From positions 75,440 through 139,439 of the forward strand of contig JAAPAO010000017.1 in the NCBI GenBank assembly GCA_013115145.1: DNA of 64,000 nt, written 5' to 3'. Source of the DNA: Perkinsus chesapeaki ATCC PRA-425 (lineage: Eukaryota > Protista > Perkinsozoa). The translations under genes were made by a program, and so were the position numbers. The notes under the pieces were generated by a model. That model made no database searches. It was not told where the DNA came from and was given only the letters and a program-made list of their open reading frames with translations. This document shows, in pieces, positions 38,150 through 51,147 of the stretch; the stretch's first letter is position 1; every line of letters begins with the position of its first letter.

Positions 38150-41100
38150 GTAGTGGAACATGCCAGACAGCACGATGGAAAGATCTCTCCCACGGGACCG
38201 TAGAAGGTACGCTAGCTGGAGCTCTGGCGATGTGTAAAATACGTCGGCGAGTTCCTAAGCAGTGAGTCCTCTCTTTTGTCAGAGTCTAACTTGATTTATC
38301 GAAAGTTAGTGCACTCTACAGTATTATATAGAAATCGGTTCCGTGTTACCTCGCGGCGTTCCAGAATGATGCCAAAGGGTGAGTCCATAGCAACCTCGAT
38401 GATATCTTCAAGCGCGGTCTTATACCCTACCAAAAAAGATAGAGCAAGCAGATGGATGCCACCCTACTGCTCAACAGAGCTCCTGCCTGATCTCAAGGCT
38501 CCCGGCTGCGTAATTCCTGGAGCTCTCTCTGTCTTCTCACGGCACAGCCCAAAGCTAGCGAAGCTAGTCGCCGATTAGCCAGGGCGATACCGCTCGGCAG
38601 GAAAGTCTGAAAGACAGGTAAGGGTACAGCAGAGACTCCACCGTTTCAGATTGTACTGAGAGCGGATCCTCGTTGGCGAGGGCCTTGGCTATTTTGGCGG
38701 TGACCAGCCGATCCTCCGCAGCTGAGGGCTGAGCCACCTCGGTTAGGTCAAATAGAAGGAAATCGAGGATGTGGCGGAGAATGGGAACATCCAAGGCCAT
38801 CAACTGGGTCATAGGGGACCTACACAACTATCGATATGAGATACGGTTATCACTGGCAGACCAATTCAACAAGGATCATATTGACACCACCCAGGTAGAT
38901 AACAGACACATCAACACACACAAGTGAAAGAGAACATGCAGGGCTTGAAGGGCAGGGCGCAGGTAAGAGAAAGTTCAGATAAGAGTGTCGATGTCGGGCA
39001 GGTCATCAACCGTCCATGTGGAAGTACCTAAGCTTAGCTCTCTCGACTTATAGCGGAGTGGGAAAGACTGACCGGAAACAGCACCACTATCACGGACAAC
39101 GCGGAGTTTCTTCGGGCCGCCCGGGTCTCGAAGTGAGGTCCCCTGTAGGTCCATCAGTTGAGCTACTCCAGCCATATCAACCGCTCGAACAAAGGCGAAA
39201 CTGAAGTGAGCGAATTAACAATAGCCATGACGTGGTCTGCCCACCGGCGAGGCTTGAGGGTTATCGGGCACGCGAGGACTTTGCACTCTGTTAATCGAAT
39301 GCCTTTCTTGCTTGTTAACCATTTGGAAAGGTGTTCTTGATCCATATCTAGAACATGACCAACAGACGGCAATACTACAGGAACCACTCAATTGCAGCGT
39401 CACCAGATGGAAGATTCTCGAGCCTCACACCTAAGAAGGCGGACTTCCCCATGCTACTCAAAGAGCCTCGGCGACCCTTCAACAGAGATAAACCTACAAA
39501 AGCTCAACAGAAGCTACTGAGAGCTGGCATCTCACCGTCGAGCTTGAGAGAAGCCCTTCTCATGCTTTCCTTCTTCCTTGATCTAGCAGCTGGTAGCAAG
39601 CTTTGGCTCAGTTCATGATGACCAGAGTGCTTCGCTATGTCGGATGCCGTCCGACCTGAGCTTACACACTCAGTATGCTATCGGCATCAACAAGGAGCAC
39701 CTTCATTGTCCTTCTGACTGCATGATCCACCAGAACAGATGAGAAGGTCAGCCATGTCAGCGCGGCCCATCTCAGCGCAGTGCATCAGAGGCGTCCACCC
39801 TCGGCTGCTGTCGGCGTACTTGAGCTGTCAGCAGGGAATTCAGTGCACCGCGAGGCAGCTCCTTCCTACGTGATCGATCTCGTCTTCACGTTGCACCTCC
39901 GAGAAGACCCTCAAGAAAGCCCTCAGATCCACTGCGGTGACACCACGGTTTCTGATGAGCAGCATCAGCGCCGATCTTCCATCCTTGTCGGTCGCCAACA
40001 GACTGAAGTACAGCAGCACTCAAGCACAAAGCAGTGATCATGTACCGTACGCCTTGTCTCTCTCCTGCTCGACAATGTTTTGGTATAGGGCCAAGGCTGT
40101 CTCGACGAAGCCAGCAGCGCATGCTACAAGTATCTAATGATCGGGTAATCGTACGAGGCATATTGCATCCCTCCAGTAGTCACTCACTGCGTTCATGCCT
40201 CTGCTATCGACGACATGGATGGAATGCTCATTCACATCACGTTCATCCGGCGGCCTAGCAACTGCGCTAGGCCGTCCGAAAGAGCTACGAGCCGGCAAAG
40301 CGGGAGCGATGGCAAACAGTGGCCGACTCAGTATCTCCAGACACGCCTCAGTTGATCCACTGAAACGACACTTCAACTGCGGAAAGCACGAATGGAGGCT
40401 AGTCCTACCAGTCAGCTGCGTAAAGCAGCGCAGTGAAGCGTCTTGACGGAGAGAGGTCCGCTGCCGTCAAGAGCTTTTTATTGGAAGGCTCGAGTGTGTC
40501 GACGGCCAGCTTGACTGTGGCCCGGTTATCCGACTTGATCGCCAGAGACAAGAGGGTGTCACCTGCAGCAGTTCAACAAACATGCCACTGCTGGGGGTTC
40601 TTCAAAGGGTACCAGTGAAAGAGACGTCGTGTGCCGGACCATCGACCTTGGCACCGGCTTCGATGAGCATAGCGCAAATCTCAGAGTGACCAGCGGCTGC
40701 CGCAAAGTGGATGGCCGTCCAGCCTCCGAGCCTCTCGCGGATGTCCGTTCCTGAAGTTGAGATTCAGCAGTGGGTCAGCGGGGTAGTGGGCTTACTGGCA
40801 CCCGTCCTTAATAGAGTCTTTGCCAAGAGATGCAGGCCCCTAACGAAGCGATTCTATCTGCATATTTGGGGACAAAGACTGACCTCATGCAGGTCCACAT
40901 CAGGGCCGACATCTTCCGCCCTTCTTGGTCGTCATCTACGGTGTCCGGAGAGGCACCAGTCTCAAGGCACTCTTGCAGCTAAAGTCGAACACTGCAACCA
41001 TCACCACTAGGGGTCAAAGCTTACTGCGGCAACTTGGGCTTCCTGTTGCTCCTCGGAGGCGCCACATGTCTTCGCAATGTCCAGCAACCTGTAGGTTGCT

Positions 41101-43756
41101 GCTCTAAGCCCAGTACCGACACCGGTGTTACCGATCAGTTGCCTCGGCCAAGTCCAGTAGTTTCTTCCGGGTCTTTTGCAACATTCTCTGATTCACGGTA
41201 TCATCTTCATCAGGAAGAGACAATAGGTCCACTGCTACTCTAGGGTCAGCACCTGTCGGCAGAGTAACCACAGGATGATGACTGGGGAGCTAACCTCTGG
41301 CAATAAGGAGCTTCACAGCATCCATCGACCCATCCAAAGTTGACTGGGCGACTGTGCCCCAGTGTGTCCGGTCGTCAGCTCCGTACTCGATAGCATCGGC
41401 ATCGGCGGTATCTATTGGAAGAGCTCCGCAAGGGATGGAGGCCTGTTGGCCTTACTTGGTTCCGCAGTGGCCGGGCAAGTGCTGCCCTCATCAACGCCTG
41501 CCGCAATGAGTTGCTTCATTCCGTCTAGGTCATTGGTCTTAGCCAGTCTGAATGAAGAAACGATAACCGTCTGGGAAGCTTGCATGGTTGTACCTAAGAA
41601 GCTCTCTATTAATCTGTGATGCGCCTTGCAGCCACTCGATTGCTTTCAACTGATGCTCGACTAAAACAGGGGTTCCGCCATTTACGAGCTCCTCGGTTAC
41701 ACACCTGAATCCACTGGCTGATGGCCCCACCGGTCTTCCGCGTCCAGTCGGCAGCCAAACTCGCGTGCTAGTATACCAACCTGACCAGAGTTCCAATGCT
41801 GTGCGCTACAGGCAGGAGTCGCTCCTTACGGTGCTGAGTTTGCCCTGCCGAGCCGCCCAATGAAGGCTGGTCTGGCCGTCCATGTCCTGGGAATCTACAC
41901 CGTCACCGTGGTCGTAGCTGTCAGCTCTTGGCACTGCTGCAGCTTTAGGTCTGAGAACTTATCCACCACAGGGCTCCGATGACTATCGCGTTACGGGTTC
42001 CGAATAGCGGTGGCCAGGAATCTCACACACTCGTCATGGCCGTTCATAGCTGCCCAATGGAGAGGCGTCCAGCCCCGACGATCGGGTCGCTGATAGAACA
42101 CATAGTAGCGCCGTTCAAACATCCACTCTTTACTTCGATATCAGCCTTCATATTTACAAGTAGCCTAGCCATGGCCACGTTGCCCCGGCGACAAGCGATC
42201 TGATTAGGATCTCACTCTGCTAGCCGACAGAAGGTTCGTTACTGATAATGCTGTCACGTCTTCCTCGCTTCCAGGTGACTCTAGGAGCAGATGAGGAGGG
42301 AGCTGCTTCTGATGGGGACCTGATAGAGTGAGGGCGCCATCTGTCCGGGGACGTTCGGGCGGAGTATGATCGTAATAATGATGTGATTAACGGACATTAA
42401 TAACATCACGATCGATTAACTATTCAAAGGGCCTTCCCTTACCCTCCGCGGCAACAGTCTGATGAAGCCCATCATACCGTGCAAAGACCTTCATTAAAGG
42501 GTCCCCCTTATCGCCTGGATGTTGGGCAGCTATCATGGGCAGTGACCACCCGAACTCATCGTGACAGCTGAGACTTGAATGCGATTCCCAAGTAAGGGGA
42601 GAGGCCCCCACCTGGCTATCTCTTCCGGGTCGACGTCATGGAAAGCTTTGTCAAGAGCCACAGAGTTCATCTTGCGGCACGCAGCAATAGCAGCCTTCTT
42701 ATCGAGCCGACGACTGTATCTGAGAGTGAAGATGCATTAAGTTCGCACTCGTATAGAGTTACACTTTAGCCGGTGGAGTCGGTGGGACTTCATCTTCCTT
42801 GTCTCCCTCGACAGGATCCTCAACAAACGACTCGCTGCCAACCCTGGACTTCTTCTTCTTCAAAACCGACTGTTGTCTGGTTGGCACCGTCAGGCTGAAG
42901 TATAGGGGATGTAAGCTGCCAATCATATCGGCAGCTACTTTTTCGACTCCGTTGCGTGTTTCTTGCCGTCAGCCTCTGCATGACTGGGAGGCGCGCCTCT
43001 TCGCGAAGATGCAGCCGTCATTGCAGATGTCTGCTGCGCCCAAAATCATGATCGAGGGGCATTGACCAACACCAGAAAAATTCTGCCTCAGAAACGGAGA
43101 AATGATCTCCAACAACATCACCAATAAAGGTGCATGTTAACGCCCTCAACGACCGGTTTCACCGGCACCACTTCGTTAACGTCTGCCAGGCGCCATATCC
43201 TGCCAGATTCAGTAATAGGGACGAAATTGTCGTCTAAGGGATGCGTTGGGTCCGGCTCGTACCTACAGAGGCGAGTGACGCTACCGCGAAACAGTGAAGC
43301 TGTGAATAATAACAGGCGGCTAATAGGCGCCTATCATTGAGCTTACTCCATGCCAGCTTCCATTATCACTATGTGCTCTGCAACTGGACCAGAGTTTCCA
43401 GAAGATGGATCCTCTCCATTAGGATAGCCAACCAACTGAGGAAGCGAGAACCTCCAGAATGCGCAGAGCCGCCAAGCTTACCGGGTCCCCGTGATGGTCC
43501 TCTACCCAGTAGGTCTGCCTTAAGTTAACGACAATGTGCATCCGAGCAACCAGACCTTAACTTCAACCGTACCCCGCTCGTTGTAGAGGAAAGCTCTCAC
43601 CTGCCCCTCGGGCTAGCTGAATGGCGTCTCGGTAGATGTGCCGCTTCTCGGTACAGTAGCGATTCCCGTAGAACCGGTACAAGTCCATTTGTGGATCTGA
43701 GATGGAGCACTCGCTCAAGGTACTCTATCGGGATTTTTCGAGCGTCTCGTTTCCAT
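38150..43756 (-). CDS. Large multi-exon ankyrin-repeat protein (3' end uncertain)
   Basis: Ankyrin repeats IACRRGNVAMARLLVNMKADIE, GWTPLHWAAMNGHDECVRFL (~42030-42200) and GWTAIHFAAAAGHSEICAMLIEAGAKVD (~40640-40730). Confidence 0.72.
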
Positions 43757-44185
43757 GGCGGGCGCGGGAGACAACGAGAATGACGCGCATCACGGGCGCA
43801 GGAAAACCGTTGCTATGGAGATGATCAGCGTACCTAAATTCTCACTGAATTTTTCAATACCCGTTAATTGAAACAACAGTTTGGCAGTGCGCTGCCATCC
43901 GAAAACAGTCGCACTGTGATATTTTAGAAAGGACTGCGTCACGTTACCCGTCTCCTTGGTCCCAGCTATCCAGAACTGCTTGTCAACACGGGACCCTGCA
44001 AATTTATGGATCTCGAATTTGTGCCGTATGTTTCCTAAAACAGATATCGACACTGTCCTCACAGAGAAGGCACACTTCCAACCACGGTCTCACGGTTCCT
44101 CTTGAATTCAGAGACCGACTCGGTGAACGCAATCCGTGTCTCAAGTTCCTATTATAGAGGGCGAAATGAACACTTCCGAAACATG

Positions 44186-44258
44186 GCTCCGCTAGCTCAG
44201 TAGGCAGAGCGTGTGGCTGTTAACCACAAGGTCGGTGGTTCGAACACATCGTGGAGCG
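44186..44258 (+). tRNA. trnN-GTT: tRNA-Asn(GTT) with a T-stem mismatch
   Basis: GCTCCGCTAGCTCAGTAGGCAGAGCGTGTGGCTGTTAACCACAAGGTCGGTGGTTCGAACACATCGTGGAGCG. Acceptor, D and anticodon arms pair. The T-stem GGTGG/ACATC has G53 opposite A61. Confidence 0.88.
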
Positions 44259-44285
44259 CTTTTACTATCCAATTAGCATCGAACA

Positions 44286-46270
44286 CTAATCTCTACCTAT
44301 CTTTGCTTCTGCTATCGTTGCTCGAATGTGCGCCTCCATAGCTGGAGTAAAACAGTTGAAGTCGCCAGCACTTTCATCTTGGCGACCTGCTCGAGGATCA
44401 TATGCACACAAGCCAGACAGACCGCCCCACAACTTACTCGCAAGCTCTGCTATTCTGGCTAGGCAAAAATGAGCATCGTCGATAATGCCCTGAGAATAGC
44501 TTATGGGACTACAAGGAGCGTTGAGGGAAAGACGCAATTACGAGAAACCGCAGCTTGCAGCACCTTCTGCCATCCTGTATGGAACCACTTCGAAAAACCA
44601 CTCTTTTTGAAAAGGGAGGGTGCTATCTCGTGAAGCTCGGAAACTACGGCACAGGACGCGTTAGCTGACAGCTTATTGACGAGGTGCATCCACGGCACAA
44701 ATTCCGTCAGAGTAGGACGTCCCAATAGAAGCGACATCCAGCGTTTTAAACAAGAACTTTTGTACGTCCGATATGGTTTTGGTTCTCCACAGTTGGCAAC
44801 AACACCACCACAGGGTAATGACAGAAACGCTATTGAGGGATGTACAAAGACGTAACATGAAAATGCTCACCACTGGGAATACACACCACCAGTCGTTATC
44901 ACACCATTGGCATCAGCTATCTTCCACGGATTGGCCTCTGTGGACACCGGTTTCATGCGAGGTATGCCGGGGGGTAAGGGGTCGTCAGATATTTCTGGTG
45001 CACCTTCCGCCCTGAAACCACCCTGGTCACCGGTGCTTCAACTGCGTGTCTACTCAAGGGCACATTCGAAGGCGAAGGAGTGAGATGCCAGCGTCTTCCC
45101 TGATAGTGTCCTGCAGTCCACGAAATCTCGGGAGCCGAATACCTGCAGACTGATCAACCGCATGATCGGCAGCTCCGCAGCGGCCCACCTTCTCCCCGTT
45201 GCGTCCCTCCACCCAGTAGGTCTGTCGAACATTCGCCACCATATGAACCCGCAAGACCATACCTGAGATAGCCCAGTAACCCCAGCTGCAGCAGTCAGGT
45301 CTTTTTGCTACCCTTAGCTCGCACCAACTGCATCAACTCTGTATGGGTGTTGACAGGTTCTGTCGAAAGTCTGAAAGAATCCTCGAAGGGATAGTAGCCT
45401 CGGTGGCCCATTCCTGAATCCACAACTTCTGCCATCCTAACCTAGCAGTGACCTCCTAACCTGGCTCTGTCGTCCCCGCTATATAGTAAGCCCGGTCGAC
45501 CCGTGCAGCCGGTATCGAATAAAAATCAAGCTGATGGATGATGTCACCTAAGTACGCATCCAGCCCAACGGCCTTCCAGCAGGCTACCTCTCTCAACCGC
45601 TTCTAGGACCATGCGAACATGTTCCCGCATGGGCTCGGTAAGTGGCAAGGTTGACAACGTGGGCTCCACTGTAAGCGTGTCTGAAGGGAAAGCTACTACC
45701 AAGTGTTAAGGACTAGTAGAGACTTGATCGCGCAGAGACAGCAAAGGGTTCTTCGTGTCGTACACACGTTACCGTCCAAGCAGATAGACTATTACCATAC
45801 TTGTATAATACGAGTCGTATTACGCCACGTCAAAGAAATACCAACCACCCACAGTCGCCCACAGAAGTTCGGTACAGAAGAAGGATGTCGCAATAAGATA
45901 TCTCCTAAGCTGCTCATTTACTAGTCTCAGTGTTTTCACAATACCAATCTCTATCGTACTCGATGCCGCTGCCAGCTTCCGCATCTGCTCTTCAGCTTGT
46001 TTCAGGAAAACCTACCACAGTGACATACATCTCCACTGCGCACTGGGAGACTTCTACCCATTGCCACCCCAAAGTGAGCCAGCTGGTCATCGGACTTTTT
46101 CCGAATAGCCTCGGGCACATCTTATGGGCCTCTGCTATGGCCTGATGGGTGTTGGTCTTTTTCCACAACACATGCAAGAAACCATTGTAGTTGATGGGCA
46201 CATGTGTCCCTATCATTAACACGCCCGCCCCGGCGCCTTGGTTCAATAATGCAGATGTAGTAGAGGCCAT
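44286..46270 (-). CDS. Hypothetical multi-exon protein
   Basis: Series of minus-strand GT-AG-bounded open segments from MASTTSALLNQGAGAGVLMIG to ..RATIAEAKIGRD*. No family recognised. Confidence 0.38.
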
Positions 46271-46824
46271 ATTAATGGCGCTAATACGGATTCTTCAAGC
46301 ATGGCTGGCGAACACACCTCACTTAGTGGAAGTGATACTAATGCATATGCTACTAATCACTGTACAGTCCGTTATTATCATACTGCAGTTTATGCCCCTT
46401 AGTAGCCCCTCTATATCATTTCGGTGTAATCGATTTCTTCGAATATCAGTGCCATGTGTGAGAGTTCAGGTCCCTCATTCGTAGAGGATTATACCTATAC
46501 TATTTTAACAGTCTAATTCAACCTTAACGTGTCCGCCCTAAACTCTCCTTGGTTGTTGTGATCTGCAAAGTCGCACGGAAATTCCTCCACGTATCCTTAG
46601 CATACACACTTGGCTTGAGGAAAGCCTAACAATGGGGATGTATTCTTGTACATACGCGCGCGATGAAACGAACTTCGCCAGTGGAAAGAGCCTAACACTC
46701 TACAAAGGAGAGACCTCGACTCTCACACACAGGTACTATATGCGGGAAAAAACTGATTATACTTCAACCTGTGGAGAGGTGTATATTTTGTACTTAAGTT
46801 TCAACCGATATCTCCCTTAATACA

Positions 46825-46857
46825 ACGAAATATTCTATTTCATTGGGGAGGGCTGTA
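46825..46857 (-). mobile_element. Solo terminus of the MITE family
   Basis: acgaaatattctatttcattggggagggctg followed by TA matches the end of the 47343-47439 element. Confidence 0.6.
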
Positions 46858-46990
46858 GCAGCTCTACACGTAGACACCCAACACAACCACCTCGTCGGCC
46901 GTAAGTACTCAGGCATTGAGTCAACACAAATGAGGATGCCACTAGAAACTCTCGTGAAACAGTGAAACAGTGTGGGAAAGCATGGAGTCC

Positions 46991-49900
46991 CTAAGTCTTC
47001 TGTTTTTTCCTCATGGAATGCTCCCCGCCGCCAACTCTATCACAAAACTCGGAAAAATTCAGACACACGGTGATCCTCTCTTCGGGTATGCCCGCGCCCC
47101 TCAGAGCCTCGTAGGTGTGGCCAGGACCGCAGCCGTGAACTTTAACCTAATGGTTGAATCTTAGACACGAGAAGGAAGGAGCGGTATGACTAACATCATG
47201 TATGGCAAAACCGACACCCACGAGCAGTTCCGAGTTCGGCGGTCCGAGAATTTTTTGCGAGAAGTACTACTTCTGAAGTAGTATGGTAGATTTAATCAAC
47301 ACAGTTTGATGCAACTGTGAATCCCCCCACAGCGCGATAGTACAGCCCGACGCCATGTTTAAAATTTCACTCTTTAACACTCAATATTGAGTGACGAATC
47401 GATAAGAAACGGAATATTCTATTTCATTGCGTCGGGCTGTAGATCACGAACTTACCCTATCGACCAGACCAGTAGCTAGCCTCCGAGCCTCGCTGAACGC
47501 TGAGCCGCTACCCCAGAAAATATGTGTGGCTGTTTTAAGATCGGCCGGGCAGCTTTCCACAGAGTACTTAGGCTTGAGGGTATAGGTGCCAAGTGCATCC
47601 ATCTACAAGAGGAATGTGATGCGGAAATACCAACACGGTATATCAAACACTCACTCGAACGGCTTCTCCGAAGGCCGCAGTGGCGTGCTGCTTCTCGGCG
47701 GCATCACAGTGGGTGACCTTTACCCATCTCTTTAATTTCGGTGCCAATGCTGATAGATCCGGGTCTTCCTGTACGCCTAGACTATCAGCACTCCCTACAT
47801 GCAGCCACTACAGTGTCGGAGAGTCCCTGGGAACCTACCAGTGCACCACAAGCCCTTCTTGGCCAGCTGCTTCCAACTGGTAGTGCCAGCAACCCATACA
47901 GGTATACCCATAGAGTTAATAGTCTCTATAAGCTTATCAGGCGATGAAGGCAACGCTGAGGCCTTGGAAATCCACAGACCAAACTGAAAAAATTATCTTA
48001 ACCTCGGAAGGAAGGCGAGTCGCCAAACTTGAAATGCACCACCAAATAGTTCACACAATATACCACCGCGGCTTCATCTATGGCATGGTGGACCGTAAAT
48101 AAGTCACGGCTCGATTTACTAAATAGCGCTCCCAATGAAACTAGGAGAGCTTACCAAACCCACCCGGCTACGGAAAGACCATCTTATCTCACAAAACGAG
48201 GAAAACAAATGACGGCTCGACGTGGACCGGGCCATGTCAGGATCAAGCGCGTTATGCATCCCGCTGAAGGCCTACCTCCTGCCCGCCATCTCTGAGCATC
48301 CCCATAAGTTTCTCGCCGGCATCTTTCACCACTTCCCGTTCAAACAATGACATGCCCCCAGCACCACCAACCTGGCAGGATGTAGCGGAAATGTGGTACT
48401 AAATTGCCTACTTGCAATGGCGCTGGGTCCCCTTCCTTCAGGCGAAGGTCGTCTAGAAGAGCATTCTTAGGAGTGATACGGCGATCCAGCAAGTCTAGAC
48501 CAGCATGTGTTCGGCCACATAGGAAGGTAACTGTACCGTAACTACGAGGTAGTATGGTACAGCCTATCTTCTGATGGCATCCACCACCGTATCTACAACG
48601 ACAGCAACACATCGGCACATCAATGTCATCAACAAAGCAGGAGCTGCTGCTCCGCCCTTCAACGTGCTTCACAGCTCTGGTACTACGACAATATATGAAA
48701 GAACGAATTGACACTATATGTTTCGTGCAGCTGAGGATGTGCAATGATCAATTCAACTATGGCTTGGAAAACATATAGCCATTCACTTCTACTGGTATAC
48801 CCGCGTCCGTATGCCGCACCACGGGCTCATAGATATTCCCCGAAGCAGCCGATAAGCCAGTTCACTTTCAACGCTGCTTCACTCTGGACCACCCAAGAAT
48901 GGTCTTCCCAATGCCTACGAGTTGAGTATCTCCTTCTCCTTCCAAGCCGCATCAAAAGTACTTCTATCATTCAACACCTTCACCATCTAATAGCACCATA
49001 ATAACCCCACCAACCTCCATCCACTCTACACCGTTACCTTCCTCACATATTCCTTCTCTGGTGCAGTGCTAACCTCAATTCCCAGCGCCCCCTGGGCCGC
49101 AGCTGTAGGGTTACTAGATAGCGGAAGCACCATACAGTAACAGGAGGCTACAAATCTGTAATCAGACAACTACACCAGAAACCGCGCGCCACAAAACTGC
49201 CTACCCCTTAACGAGCTCTCGACTCTCTTTAAACTCATCTTTAGTACTTCGTACGAATCTGTCCACGGCGGCCTTCGCCAACACCAAACCGTGTGGGCGC
49301 GGCCCGAGGGTATCGTCGTGCATCTCAGGGTCCATCAGCTTACGCATGCGTGTCTAGGAACAGTGATGGGGTTTCTATCGGCCTTCCTCAGATGAGTCCT
49401 AATATTGCCTCGCCAAATGGATCTAGAATCTCCCTACTGGCCGAAACCTAACCGAATTCTGCTAATCTTGAATCCAAATTTTCCTTCCTCCCAACACACA
49501 TAGACGGCCACACGCGTAATACGTCTAGAAGAGGTTATCGCCTCGCCCAATCCGTAGTGGTTCACCTGTATGTTGCCGCGGACATCTCGGAACTGAACCG
49601 TGGAGACTCCGGGTACCACAGTATTAAGGAACGGTGTTAGGTTAAATTGACGGCGCGGTGACGATGACAGCACAATGAGCGTGCCTCCGTTCGCAGCGCT
49701 GATAACAATACGCTGACGAAGAGCCGTTGAGGTAAGTAAGCTCACATCTCGGGCAGCGCATCTTTACGTATAATGATCATGTCTCTTGGATCCGCCCTGG
49801 GTAAGGTGGAGGCCACTGTCGTGCCGGGTTCCTCTGCCAACGGAAGGTCCTTCCATGAGTGCACCACAAGGTCGAATGACCCTGAAAGATAGGTGTTGCA

Positions 49901-50777
49901 TCCAATTACTATGGAATGGGAAAAATGTAATAGACAGGCTACATCGCATTCCCAAAGGAAATGTGTGGCTGATTCCTCCCCGTTCATCCTATCAAATTAA
50001 TAGCGAGTTGCCCAGCTTAACCTGGGTGGCCAGTTCACCTCGGTCGGGCAAGCTGGACACATGGGCGACTAGGTCTAGTTACCGCTCATGTCCCAATTAG
50101 AAGCTTCATTTCATGGAAACACATTACCCATCAAGAACCCTATAACGAACCAGCTTATACCCTATGGCATTTTACGAACGTCGTCCCGTTAGAATATGCG
50201 CACTACTACTCCGTAGAAAAGATACACAGTCGGAATCTGCGGATTCGGTCCTTACTCACCATCCAACAGTCCATCTCTGAGGAATGTCGTGAAGACTCCT
50301 GTTTCTGGCATCTTCCACAAAGGGTCCTTCAAGTTGGCGTCACCAGGGGCTTCCCTGTAGTGGCACTCTATCTGAAGGTATATTCTCAACAAGAAGAAGA
50401 AGAAAATGTCCAGGCCAGACAAAATACGAACTTATTTATTCGATAAATTGCACTGACTCTCTATGAGATCACAGGCCCTCAGTGAGTGAAACCTAATTCC
50501 AACCCTAGAAAGACACTTAGGGTAACACACTGTGTTAACAAGAAACTCACACCGAGGCGTGTCGCCTGGCAAAGACTAATAGCTCATGGGGTGCAAGTCT
50601 GGGGTAAGCCATTCCTGCCATTCTCGACGTACGTTACTTATTTCTCTCCGATCCACTTACCTTAACGTCGTCCATTTCCTGCTCAAGCAGGTCGGCCACC
50701 ATCAACGTCTGTAGCCTAGCCAGATCGCTCCGCCTCGACCCGATATGGAGAGTGACAGGATGGCCTTCGGTGGCCAT
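46991..50777 (-). CDS. hemC: Porphobilinogen deaminase (hydroxymethylbilane synthase) with a C-terminal HemD/uroporphyrinogen-III-synthase-like extension, multi-exon
   Basis: LHIGSRRSDLARLQT, GDANLKDPLWKMPETGVFT, DLVVHSWKDLP, PRADPRD, SSSPRRQ, DVRGNIQ, PTAAAQGALGIE and the cofactor Cys in GGGCHQKIG. The extension carries VWVAGTTSWKQLAKKGLWCTG, IFWGSGSAF and HGCGPGHTY. Confidence 0.92.
47341..47441. mobile_element. 97-bp MITE with 15-bp TIRs and TA target-site duplication, in the last hemC intron
   Basis: TA-cagcccgacgccatg ... cattgcgtcgggctg-TA (14/15 TIR match), with the internal 16-bp palindrome cactcaatattgagtg. Confidence 0.85.
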
Positions 50778-51118
50778 TAGGAATTCGGAAAAAACTTCGC
50801 GATTTGTAATAATAATAATAAAACAGCATACAGAAAATAGATATTCAGTTCAATAGATTCAACAGTAAAGCCACGAGATAGGACACAACAGCTAGAAATG
50901 CATCAGAGACACTTCTTCAGCTACCATGCCTGTTATCATCTGATACGTCGCAGATGCCGTGCAGGTATCCGGAACGAGCGGAAGGACTACTCTATTTATT
51001 TAAAGAAAGGTAAGTAAGCATTTCTCGAACACAACACATTCTTCACGTTATGGCTATGGCCAGCAGCAGCAACCACGGTGCTTCAAGCATCATGCTTGAC
51101 TCAATAGGTTGCCTCAAC

Positions 51119-51147
51119 TTGAGGACTTGAGGCCCTCAAGTCCTCAA
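51119..51147. repeat. Perfect palindrome, 14-bp arms with 1-nt centre
   Basis: ttgaggacttgagg-c-cctcaagtcctcaa. Confidence 0.92.
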
